From an uncultured delta proteobacterium (lineage in GTDB: Bacteria; Myxococcota; UBA727; VGSZ01), in NCBI GenBank assembly GCA_963775425.1, contig CAVZJB010000012.1, forward strand, positions 192,001 to 256,000: 64,000 bases of DNA. Reading direction: 5' to 3'. The position numbers and the translations under genes were made by a program. The notes under the pieces are model-generated. The model had not been told where the DNA came from and did not search any database. It was given only the letters and a program-made list of their open reading frames with translations. Below, piece after piece: positions 56,501 through 64,000 of the stretch (the stretch's first letter is position 1; every line of letters starts with the position of its first letter).

Positions 56501-58795
56501 GGCCGTGCGGCAGTGCTGCTCGAAGCGGACGGCGTGGCCGGCGTCGTGTTGCACCCAGGCGGTGGCGAGGAGGGGCAGATCGCGCCGCGTGTCCTCGTCG
56601 AGGAGCGTGGCGTCGATGGCGGCGAGGAAGGGCGGCACCTCGCGCACGAGGCCCTGGAACGCCTCGGCGACGACGTGGGGCGGGTCGTGGCACGCGAGGA
56701 GCGCGGCGCTCAGCCGCGCGCTCGGTGACGTCGGGCGCTTGCGGGCCGCGCGCTCGCTGAGCGCGTCGACGAGGCCGGTGAGCGGCTCGCGCAAGAACAG
56801 CGAAGCCACGAGCGGCACCTCGGCGTCGGGGCACTGCACGAGCGTGGCGGCGACGCCTTCGGGGCACGCGCGCGGCGCGTTGTGAACCGAGCTGCGCCGC
56901 GGCGCCGCCCAGGCGCGCGCCGCCGCGTGGTCGGTCGCGGAGAGGGCCTCGGCCCAGGCGCGCTCGACGTCGACGGGGAGCACGGTGGCGCGCAGGAGCG
57001 TCACGAGCGCTCCAAGCGGGTCCGCGTCGCGCTCGTCGTCGGTGTGCGGGGCGTCGGCGGCGGTGCCGGCCGCGTCGAGGTCGCGGGAGCGTTCGGCGAG
57101 GGCGGCGACGGCGGCGGCGATGAGCGTCGGGGGGAACGCGCGCAGGACGGCGTCGCGGGTCGCGGAGGCAACGGTCGCCGCGCCCGGGCCGGACGCCACG
57201 CCGGACGTTGCCCCGTCGACGCGGGCCGGCGTCGCCGTGGCGGGGCTTACCGCCGACGTCGCGCTCGCCGGTGGCCGCGCGGCGGCGAGGCCGACGACGG
57301 CGCTCAGGGTGCGCAGCGCGGCGTCGTCGGAGAGCTGTCCGGCGAGGACGCCGGCGTTCCTCTCCAGGCGGCGCGCCGCGAGCTCGCCGACGTCGTCGAG
57401 CGCGCGGCTGTCGTCGAGGAGGAGCGCCAACGCTTGCTCGACGACGCCGGGGCGGCCGCCCTTCTCGGCGTCCGCGAGCGAGAACGCCCCGTCGGCGGGG
57501 AGCGTCACGCACAGCGCGGCGACGAGCTCGGGCGTGAGCCGCGCGCGCATCCCGATGATCACCGCGCGCGCGAGCGCGCGATAGGCCTCCCGATCGGCGG
57601 GGCTCCGCGGCGCCAGCGAGAGCAGCGCCGTCGACGGCGCGCGCCAGAACGCGGCGGCGACGTCGGCGGCGGGGATCACCTCGCGCAGCTTCTGGTACGG
57701 GGCGTCGAACAGGAGGCGCAGCGCGCCCGCCACGAGCTCCGCGTCGAGCGCGCCGGCGTCGTCGTTGAGGGCGCCGCGGGTGACGAGGCCCTTGAGCATC
57801 ACGGCCTTGCCCGCGCCGAGATCGAGGTCGACGAGCGCGCGCAGCGCCGCCCGCCGCCGCCCCGCGTCCGCCTCGAGCAGCAGCAGCATCGGCGCCGACA
57901 GCGCGCAGAGCGCGAGCATGCGCGGCGTGCTCTCCCCCGTCGTCAGCATCACCTGTGCGGCGCACACCGCGAAGCGCCGGTGCGCCGGATCCTTGAGCGT
58001 CAACGCGCGCTTGGCGGCGAGCAGCTCGTCGACGATGGGCGCCTCGTCGCTCAGCCGGCGCTCCCCCGGCGGCGGCGGCGGGTGGCGCCACAGCTCGAGG
58101 AGGATGTCCGCGAGCGGGTCGGTGTGGACGAGGGACGTGAGGTACTTCGTGATCGCCTCGGGCGTCATCAGGTGCGCGTCGGCGACCGGGGGGAACGGGA
58201 TGGCCGCCAGCACGTCCGCGCTCCTGGCGGCGAACGGGACGCGGCGCAGCCGCGCGTGCACCTCGACAACGTCGAGCAGCCCGAGCCGGCGGGCGTTCAA
58301 GAGCGCGCAGGCCACCGCGCCGTCGGCGGCGCGCGCGTCGAGCAGCGCGCGCACGTCGTCGGCGTGCTCGGGGTCTGCGAGGAGCAGCGCCGCGTGCGCG
58401 GGCGGCGTGCGCACCGGGTTCGCGTCGGCCACCGACGCCAGCGCGGCGCGGCGCACGTCGCGGCGGCGATGGAAGAGCGCGCAGGAAAACGGGGTGGGGT
58501 CGCTGGTGCAGCACGCGGCGAGCGCGGCGACGGCCGCGGCGCGCACGTCCTTGTGGTTGTCGTCGAGGCGCTCGACCACCGCGCGCAGCCCCGGCTTGCC
58601 CGCGCAGCCGCTGAGCGCGCGCACCGCCGCGGCGCGCACCTTGGGCGAGCGGTGCAGCGTCGCGCGCGCCACCGCCGCGCCGAACACGGCGCGCCTGGGC
58701 AGCGTCACCGTCAGCAGCTCGTCGAGGAGCGCCGCGAGGTCCGCCGCGTCGTGGCCCTCGTCGTGGAGGGCGTCCCAGAGCCGGACGTCGTGCAC
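53576..58795 (-). CDS. 1739-aa protein: HEAT-like alpha-solenoid + HExxH metallopeptidase-like region + C-terminal vWA domain
   Basis: VRAAAVRAL, LDDNHKDVRAAAVAAL, DVRRAAL (HEAT-like); RIFINP..GLMVHEVGHHLYH..LNLVADEHLE; SGRSLD; LVVDCSGSM (MIDAS), GGNNDA, MVSDGLP. Confidence 0.85.
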   Translation of the reverse strand: MHDVRLWDALHDEGHDAADLAALLDELLTVTLPRRAVFGAAVARATLHRSPKVRAAAVRALSGCAGKPGLRAVVERLDDNHKDVRAAAVAALAACCTSDPTPFSCALFHRRRDVRRAALASVADANPVRTPPAHAALLLADPEHADDVRALLDARAADGAVACALLNARRLGLLDVVEVHARLRRVPFAARSADVLAAIPFPPVADAHLMTPEAITKYLTSLVHTDPLADILLELWRHPPPPPGERRLSDEAPIVDELLAAKRALTLKDPAHRRFAVCAAQVMLTTGESTPRMLALCALSAPMLLLLEADAGRRRAALRALVDLDLGAGKAVMLKGLVTRGALNDDAGALDAELVAGALRLLFDAPYQKLREVIPAADVAAAFWRAPSTALLSLAPRSPADREAYRALARAVIIGMRARLTPELVAALCVTLPADGAFSLADAEKGGRPGVVEQALALLLDDSRALDDVGELAARRLERNAGVLAGQLSDDAALRTLSAVVGLAAARPPASATSAVSPATATPARVDGATSGVASGPGAATVASATRDAVLRAFPPTLIAAAVAALAERSRDLDAAGTAADAPHTDDERDADPLGALVTLLRATVLPVDVERAWAEALSATDHAAARAWAAPRRSSVHNAPRACPEGVAATLVQCPDAEVPLVASLFLREPLTGLVDALSERAARKRPTSPSARLSAALLACHDPPHVVAEAFQGLVREVPPFLAAIDATLLDEDTRRDLPLLATAWVQHDAGHAVRFEQHCRTAPGGLRGVVDLALALPAPLLSWKLMRALVEVVRAWTYQRRALLDKLDDKLAEVVAAVLLREAEPRPPVAGSSLFNGARALRRLAADLVALAHASGKAEGFVEAVRDRLLAVRPPPLEPDVRARLGAAVAFPPAPPPPPRAPVDVAAARLRLHDAHVARAAVDELGAAGPAGRRVVVDALASADLPLCARAVIERAIFDDEDSRRLLRDEVRPEVRFRVALRLGEHKVALAAACAPRDARGTWLDADDVAALSAHVPPRTFALELVRSPHPAAYTKAVWSLLSSLHDGRRRDGAHEHEHEHVAARRALRAFLEAGDDREPALRAEVAAALLDDGDLVLPVVVSCALSPPEPRHEKKLRDAVPAELWREVVEAAGVAGDAALDAALESLMDKRLLDDDVAAAVALHVLKGGVDAEEAAALFAVLRRARWFDDPRMDELREAVRWGVRQARTLLGKPVGVEFIHDALGYTRLHQPRIFINPMPLLRGERGGDDVVRGLMVHEVGHHLYHADALGRECWEQAQKEKIAGLLNLVADEHLERNLRAQSDVYGDSLKVLASYAFQHVARDVFLEDLLRTLGPHAARVLTRVRLFPGRRWGCVHVELGRLLAEISAHTSFARFMRALRQGLGGRDADAKVREGLALFSGRAFRASKMDALLDIARELHRIFGDETGILETFGIHETMETGEEEMREEGFSPDELQRELDRDKSRAPPRIEHPKWNDGPDERFDVIDQIVPLAHRPEEHRALAAQGRRATRALRSALDELGTRVVVERRRLSGRSLDRQGLASAIARMDPRLLVRRTPVPAADLFVGLVVDCSGSMASDRSMDKARVFATSLAEAARGNRGVDVRIFGFTSSVIYDAGDAERCAAHALQASGGNNDAAGLWHAAVAARRSRRPHKLLVMVSDGLPTECSAAALRALANRLERGGTLTAQVAVRPLKERCFKHYVEILGEDVDDAGRRFARVVSKLVRKTTGGR

Positions 58796-58822
58796 GAGCG
58801 GTTCTACCGCGACTCCGTCCCG

Positions 58823-59510
58823 GGTGACGACGGCGGCGCGTCCGCCGTGATGACGAAAGAGAGACCCGCTCCACGAGGAGCCGTGCGCGGCGCCGAAGCG
58901 AAGGCGAACCCCACGTTCCGGACCGGCGCGTCATCGGCCGGCCCTTCATCGGGCTTCGCGTTCCCGTCGGCGCCGCAACCGTCGCGCGCGTCGAGCCATC
59001 GACTGCACGAGTCGTCACCGCGCCCGTCCTCGAGAGGAAAGTGCGGCGGCCCGTCGACGCTCCCTGATGGTGTGCCTGCCGCCGCGAAGGAGGCAGGCGC
59101 GGGTGTGTCGGGCTCCGCGCCGCGGCCGCTCCCATCCGAGAGGCCGTCGTGCCGGCGCGGTGTGCCCCGAGAAACCTGGTGGGTCATCCGGGGCGGCGTC
59201 TCAGCTCGACCCGGATGCGCGGCTTGCGGCCGTCGTCAGCGGGTCTTTGTCGCGTCGACGTGCGTTCGCGGGTCGACGAGACGAGGCGAGCGGGAGTCCG
59301 GCGTACAGACGTACCGATCGCCCAGAAAAATCCTGCCTTCGTTCAACTGCATGCCCACTCCTTTCCCGTCGCCATGACGTCCCCGTCGGGCAGACCCATT
59401 GAAGCACATGCCCCCGCCGAAGGCGAGAGTCTCCTGAGACGGCGCTCACGCCGGGTCCATTCAGCCGGATCAGCGACCGGAGGGAGCGGCCGCGCTTGAT
59501 CGGGAGCGTC
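58823..59510. ncRNA. Candidate large structured ncRNA (~690 nt), family unknown
   Basis: Intergenic, with nested long-range helices (59121-59133/59482-59494 13 bp; 59056-59064/59502-59510 9 bp; 58823-58831/59011-59019 9 bp; 58887-58896/58967-58976 10 bp) and loop pseudoknots; strand not resolved. Confidence 0.6.
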
Positions 59511-59571
59511 ACGTGACCCCGCGCGCACGCGTCGACGCTCGAGGCACGAGCCGCCGCAGTAGGTTGCGGCT

Positions 59572-60348
59572 GTGATCGCCCGCGTGGCCCTCGTCGCCGT
59601 CATCGGCATCGCCTGCGGGACCGGCGGGTGCACGGCCACGCGCCAAATCACGCCGTGGTTGCGCGCGTCGACGACCACGCACTTCGAGCGCGGCTTCATC
59701 GCCGAGTCGGGCGGCGTCGGCCCCTATGACACGGGCAAGGTCGAGCGCTACGACGGCCAAGCCTGGGTGCCCCTCCACGTCGACGACATGCGCGCGTTCG
59801 GCTTCGCCGGCGGCAGCCGCGCCGTCGTCGGCACCACGCTCCTGCGGCGGGACGGGCCGCCGGTGTCGATCCCGTGCGCCCAGGACCTGCGCGCCACCCC
59901 GGACGACGCGGGGCTCGTGTGCGTCGAGATCTTCGGTCGCACCCTGGCGTCGTGGGAGCACGGCGCCACCAACACCGTCCGCGTCACGCAGCTCGACGCG
60001 GACGGACGCGTGCTCGGCACCCGCACGGTCGCGGCGCCGGTGGAGGTGCCCGCCGGCGCACCCGTCGAAGAGGACGCGAGCGCGTCGTTCCTCGGCTTCG
60101 ACGGCGATGGTCTCTGGTTCTCCGTGCTGCGCACCGACGCCCGGACGAGCTTCGCGTCCGGCGCCCCGCTCCGCTGCCAGGGCTTCGTCCTCGGCAAAGA
60201 CGATCGCTGGAGGGCGGCCGCGACGCTGTCGACCACCGCCGACGCGCTGTGGCGCTGCAACTTCGCGCGCCCCTGGAACCAGGCGCTCGGCACGCGCATC
60301 GATCCCGGCAAGGTCCGCCGCGACGCGCGGGGGGAGCCGCACGTCTAG
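59572..60348 (+). CDS. Hypothetical exported protein/lipoprotein
   Basis: Signal peptide with lipobox-like GIAC/TGGC, high GC3, TAGGTT 6 nt upstream of GTG. Confidence 0.7.
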   Translation: MIARVALVAVIGIACGTGGCTATRQITPWLRASTTTHFERGFIAESGGVGPYDTGKVERYDGQAWVPLHVDDMRAFGFAGGSRAVVGTTLLRRDGPPVSIPCAQDLRATPDDAGLVCVEIFGRTLASWEHGATNTVRVTQLDADGRVLGTRTVAAPVEVPAGAPVEEDASASFLGFDGDGLWFSVLRTDARTSFASGAPLRCQGFVLGKDDRWRAAATLSTTADALWRCNFARPWNQALGTRIDPGKVRRDARGEPHV

Positions 60349-60373
60349 CCGGCCACGCCGGTCGCCACGCCGC

Positions 60374-61093
60374 TCACCTCCGCCAGGACCGCAGCGCGCG
60401 CAGCGGGTTCATCGGCACGCCGTGCTTGCGCACCTCGAAGTGCACGTGGGAGCCCGTCGAGCGACCGGTGCTGCCGACGAGCGCGACGGCGTCGCCCGCG
60501 CTGACCTCGGCGCCGCGCTCCACCAGGAGCGCGGACGCATGGCAGTAGCGGCTGCGCGTTCCGTCGGCCTGCTCGATCTCCACCATGAAGCCGTAGCCGC
60601 CGTCGTAGGTCGCCTGCACGACGCGGCCGGCGGCGACGGCGTGGATGGTGGCGCCCGTGGGCGCGCCGACGTCGATGCCCGTGTGCGTGGAGAGCCCGCC
60701 GCCGAGCGGATCCACGCGCACGCCGTAGCCGCTCGTGATGTGCGCCCCCGGCGCGTCGACGAGGAGCGACACCAGGCCGCCGTCGCGAACGCCGCCGGCG
60801 CGGCGCTCGTGCGCGGCCTCGTGGCGCGCGTCCCGCTCCCAACTGTGCAGCGCGCTCGCCGACGGGAAGCCGTATTGCCGCGCGACGGCGTCGTCGTTGC
60901 GCTCGGTGTTCACCTTGCGCGCGGCCTCGTACTGGTCCCACAGGTCCGGCCGCCCGACGGGCAGCACGGGGAACGTCACCGTTGCGCCGCCGGCAGCCGG
61001 CGCCGCCGCGCGCGGGGTGGCGGCCGCGCGCTCCGCGGCGCCGGCGACGACGGCGGCGGCGAGGAGCATCGAGGCGACAAATCCGGCGCGCAT
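60374..61093 (-). CDS. M23 family metallopeptidase
   Basis: Signal peptide; ITSGYGVRVDP, HTGID, YCH, GSTGRSTGSHVHFEVR. Confidence 0.92.
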   Translation of the reverse strand: MRAGFVASMLLAAAVVAGAAERAAATPRAAAPAAGGATVTFPVLPVGRPDLWDQYEAARKVNTERNDDAVARQYGFPSASALHSWERDARHEAAHERRAGGVRDGGLVSLLVDAPGAHITSGYGVRVDPLGGGLSTHTGIDVGAPTGATIHAVAAGRVVQATYDGGYGFMVEIEQADGTRSRYCHASALLVERGAEVSAGDAVALVGSTGRSTGSHVHFEVRKHGVPMNPLRALRSWRR

Positions 61094-61201
61094 GACCAGG
61101 GTTTCGGCGGTGCGCGCGGTCACGCTCTCGGACGCGCGGCGGAGCCTCCGCCGAACGCGCGATGCGACACGCGCGCGTACGACGCGGTGTACCGTTCGCG
61201 C

Positions 61202-62035
61202 ATGCACGCGCTGCACGACGTCGGCTTTGCGCACATCGCGGTCCGCGAGGCCGGCGAGGGGCCCCCGGTGCTCTTCATCCACGGCTGGCCGTTTTATGGC
61301 TTCACCTGGAGGAAGATCGTCCCGGCGCTCTCCCGGAGCTACCGCTGCATCGTCGCCGACCTCCCGGGGGCGGGCTCGTCGTGGTGGCAGAAGGAGAACG
61401 ACTTCACCACCTGCGGCCACGCCGACAACCTCCATCGGCTCCTCGACGCCATGAAGCTCGACCGCGTCGCCCTCGTCGCGCACGACAGCGGCGCCACCGT
61501 CGCCCGCCGCCTCGCCGTCATCGCCCCCGACCGCATCGCCAAGATGGCGCTCATCAACACCGAGATCCCCTACCACCGCCCGCCGTACATCGGGCTGTTC
61601 CAGCGGCTCACCGCGCTGCCGGGCAGCCGCGCGGCCTTTCGCCAGCTCCTGTCGTCGAGGAGGTTCCTGCGCTCGTCGATGGGCTTCGGCGGCTGCTTCC
61701 ACGATCTGTCGCTCATCGACGGCGAGTTTCGCGACTCCTTCGTGCAGCCGCTCGTCAGCGAGCCCCTGCGCCTCGACGGCGCCATCCGCTCGCTGCAGGG
61801 CATCGACTGGGCGCTCGTCGATGCGCTCTCGCGCGACCACGCGCTCATCCAGAGCGAGGTGCGCTTCATCTGGGGCGCCGAGGACCCGACCTTTCCGCTC
61901 GCGCGCGCGCGCCCGATGGTGTCGCAGTTGCGCTACGGCTCGCTCGTGGAGATCCGCGGCGCCAAGCTCCTGCCCCACGAGGAGCGCCCCGACGACGTCG
62001 CGCGCGAGGTGCTCGCGTTCTTCGGCGCCGCCTGA
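61202..62035 (+). CDS. Alpha/beta hydrolase (epoxide hydrolase/dehalogenase-like)
   Basis: HGWP oxyanion motif, DLPGAGSS, AHDSGA (Asp nucleophile), WGAEDP, PHEERP. Confidence 0.9.
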   Translation: MHALHDVGFAHIAVREAGEGPPVLFIHGWPFYGFTWRKIVPALSRSYRCIVADLPGAGSSWWQKENDFTTCGHADNLHRLLDAMKLDRVALVAHDSGATVARRLAVIAPDRIAKMALINTEIPYHRPPYIGLFQRLTALPGSRAAFRQLLSSRRFLRSSMGFGGCFHDLSLIDGEFRDSFVQPLVSEPLRLDGAIRSLQGIDWALVDALSRDHALIQSEVRFIWGAEDPTFPLARARPMVSQLRYGSLVEIRGAKLLPHEERPDDVAREVLAFFGAA

Positions 62036-62183
62036 GTCCGCGGCACTCCCTCGCCTGCACCGGCCGGGGCACGGACTCTGCGCCGGCGCCGGTGCCTCCC
62101 GCCGCCGTGGCGGCGCCGGCGGCGCCCGTTTCAGGCCGGCGGCCCTCGTTGGCAGCAGGCCCAAACGGCGCTAGCGCCGGTTC

Positions 62184-64000
62184 ATGGAAGAGGGACGAGG
62201 CGACTTCATCGACGGCGCGTTTCGCAAGGCGCGGTCACCCGACGACGGCAACGCGGTGCACAGCCGCGACCCGGCGCACGACTTTCAGCCGGTGTTCCGC
62301 GCGCACACCGCGGTGCAGAACGTCGACCTCGCCGTCGAGGCCGCCCGCCGGGCGCAGCCGGCGTGGGTGTCGCTCGGCCTCGAGGGGCGGCGCAAGCACC
62401 TGCTCGCGCTGCGCGCAGCCTTCGAGGAGCACGCCGACAAGATCGCCAAGATGATCACCCGCGAGATGGGAAAGCCCATCCGCGAGGCCAACGCCGAGGC
62501 CAAGAGCCTCGGCTTGCGCGTGCCGCTCGTCCTCGACGAAGCCATGAAGCGCGTGGCCACCCGCCACCCCGAGGGCGTCGCCGGCGAGGAGCGCGCGCAC
62601 CCGCAGGGGGTCCTCGCCGTCATCGGGCCCTACAACTACCCGGCGCACCTCGTGAACGGGCACGTCATCCCCGCGCTCGCCACCGGCAACACCGTCGTCA
62701 TCAAGCCGTCCGAGGTCACGCCGGGCGTGGGAGAGCTCTACGCCATGTGCGCCGAGCGCGCCGGCCTCCCCGCGGGCGTGCTCAACCTGGTGCAGGGCGG
62801 GGGCGCCGTCGGCCGCGCGCTCTCGAGCCATGCCGGCGTCGACGGCGTGCTCTTCACGGGCTCCTGGCGCACCGGCCGCGCCATCACCGAGGCGTGCCTC
62901 GACCAGCCCGGAAAGATCCTCGCCCTCGAGATGGGCGGAAAGAACGTCGCCGTGGTGTGCGACGACGCCGACCTGCCGCAGGCGCTCGCCGCCGTGGTCC
63001 AGGGCGCCTTCCTCACCGCGGGCCAGCGCTGCACCGCCACCTCGCGCCTCCTCGTGTTCGAGCGCGTCGCCGAGCGCTTCCTGGACGCGCTCGTCGCCGC
63101 TGCGCGCGAGCTCCGCCCGGGCGATCCCATGGAGCCGTCCACCATGTTCGGGCCGCTCGCCACGCGCGAGGCGCTCGATCGCTTCGTGCGCATGCGCACC
63201 GCCGCCGTCGACGCAGGCTGCGAGCAGCTCATCGCGGGACGCGTGCTCCCCGGCGGCGCGTTCGTCACCCCCTCCATCCATATGCTCGCCGAGGGCATGA
63301 AGGAGGCGCCCGGCTACCTCGACGAGGAGCTGTTCGGGCCCGACATCTGCGTCGAGATCGTCGACGACCTCGACGAGGCCGTCGAGCGCACCAACGCGCT
63401 GCCCTACGGGTTGTCGAACGCGCTGTTCAGCGTCGACCCGGAGAAGCTCGAGAGCTTCTACGAGCGCACGCGCAGCGGCTGCGTGAACTGGAACCGCTCC
63501 ACCAACAACGCGTCGGGCAAGCTGCCCTTCGGCGGCGTGGGCAAGAGCGGCAACCAGCGCCCCGCCGGCATCGACGCCGTTCGCTACACCACCTTCCCCG
63601 TGGCGGTGTTGAAGGGCGCGCAGGGGGACGCGCCCGTCGAGCCCGCGTTCGCGCCGGCGTTTCGTGCGGGCGAAGAGCGGCTGCGCATGGCGTTCGGCCA
63701 GCTCACGCTCCGCCACAAGATCGAGGGCATGCTCGAGAAGCACCGCGTCTACGTCGACGACGTGCGCGGGCCCGACATCCTCGTTCCGCTCGAGCAGCTC
63801 ACCGATCTGTCCATCGCCGACAACCTGCTCGAGCCCGAGGACATCGTGGCGCGGCTGTCGCCGTTCGCCAGCCTCGAGGAGCCCTACGTCGTCATCACCG
63901 TCCCCGACGTCGACGACGAGTCCGACGACAAGGCGCGGCGGGTGCTCGAGGTGGTGCGCGCGCTCCTCGACGACGTCGCGCGCGACAACCCGGTCCACAT
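62184..64000 (+). CDS. AstD-like aldehyde dehydrogenase with C-terminal extension; 3' end runs off the window
   Basis: Absent from the ORF track. PQGVLAVIGPYNYPAHLVNGHVIPALATGNTVVIKPSE, FTGS, LEMGGKN, AGQRCTATSR, EELFGP, LPFGGVGKSGNQRP. Confidence 0.9.
   Translation, partial: MEEGRGDFIDGAFRKARSPDDGNAVHSRDPAHDFQPVFRAHTAVQNVDLAVEAARRAQPAWVSLGLEGRRKHLLALRAAFEEHADKIAKMITREMGKPIREANAEAKSLGLRVPLVLDEAMKRVATRHPEGVAGEERAHPQGVLAVIGPYNYPAHLVNGHVIPALATGNTVVIKPSEVTPGVGELYAMCAERAGLPAGVLNLVQGGGAVGRALSSHAGVDGVLFTGSWRTGRAITEACLDQPGKILALEMGGKNVAVVCDDADLPQALAAVVQGAFLTAGQRCTATSRLLVFERVAERFLDALVAAARELRPGDPMEPSTMFGPLATREALDRFVRMRTAAVDAGCEQLIAGRVLPGGAFVTPSIHMLAEGMKEAPGYLDEELFGPDICVEIVDDLDEAVERTNALPYGLSNALFSVDPEKLESFYERTRSGCVNWNRSTNNASGKLPFGGVGKSGNQRPAGIDAVRYTTFPVAVLKGAQGDAPVEPAFAPAFRAGEERLRMAFGQLTLRHKIEGMLEKHRVYVDDVRGPDILVPLEQLTDLSIADNLLEPEDIVARLSPFASLEEPYVVITVPDVDDESDDKARRVLEVVRALLDDVARDNPVH

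Noticed and set aside
58804-59187. 127-aa minus-strand ORF inside the structured region
   Set aside because: Low-complexity product, no motifs, and about one in five codons ends in A/T, more than in neighbouring genes; still the main alternative explanation for part of the gap.
59034-59500. RNase P RNA (GAGGAAAGTGCGG resembles GAGGAAAGUCCGG and could pair with GCCGCGCTT at 59489-97)
   Set aside because: The other universally conserved regions (e.g. ACAGAAC..GGCUUA) are missing and both strands have competing partners; cmsearch should confirm.
58900-59528. ORF-less group II intron (GTGCG at 59041 on + and 59528 on -; minus-strand AGCCCGATGAAGGG resembles the start of domain V)
   Set aside because: The putative domain V cannot form its helix and no domain VI is evident; a degenerate intron is not fully excluded.

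Overview
Very GC-rich bacterial DNA with no rRNA, tRNA, CRISPR array or intact transposase visible. (EG)n and Cys-rich lipoproteins, an HDOD protein and a T3SS-type chaperone suggest Myxococcota or a related deltaproteobacterial lineage (inference). In order, the window holds: betA (partial); a TetR-EmrB-EmrA efflux operon; an MpaB-like oxygenase; a hot-dog thioesterase; a Gly-rich lipoprotein; Lhr helicase (1-nt frameshift); an HDOD protein; a palindrome-rich non-coding patch (REPIN-like element plus a 195-nt rod hairpin); FdhF/YdeP + FdhD; a TPR protein and (EG)n/TSP3 lipoprotein; a TetR-LolA-like-ABC-beta-barrel operon; a CPBP protease; a streptavidin-like lipoprotein; a ~16 kb potassium island (2 Kup, 2 KdpDE-type systems, porin, two small membrane peptides, kdpABC) with phased TTGA boxes; MobA; GH31; an MIIA/DUF1521 (GDPH) protein with a SycD-like chaperone; a MoxR-type AAA ATPase; a 1739-aa HEAT-like/HExxH/vWA protein; an M23 peptidase; an alpha/beta hydrolase; and an AstD-like dehydrogenase with a C-terminal extension. 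The best candidate for something undescribed is a ~700-nt intergenic element (58823-59510) with nested long-range helices and loop pseudoknots. It looks like a large structured ncRNA and sits immediately upstream of the HEAT/HExxH/vWA gene and its MoxR partner. All calls come from reading motifs by eye; no searches or folding programs were run.
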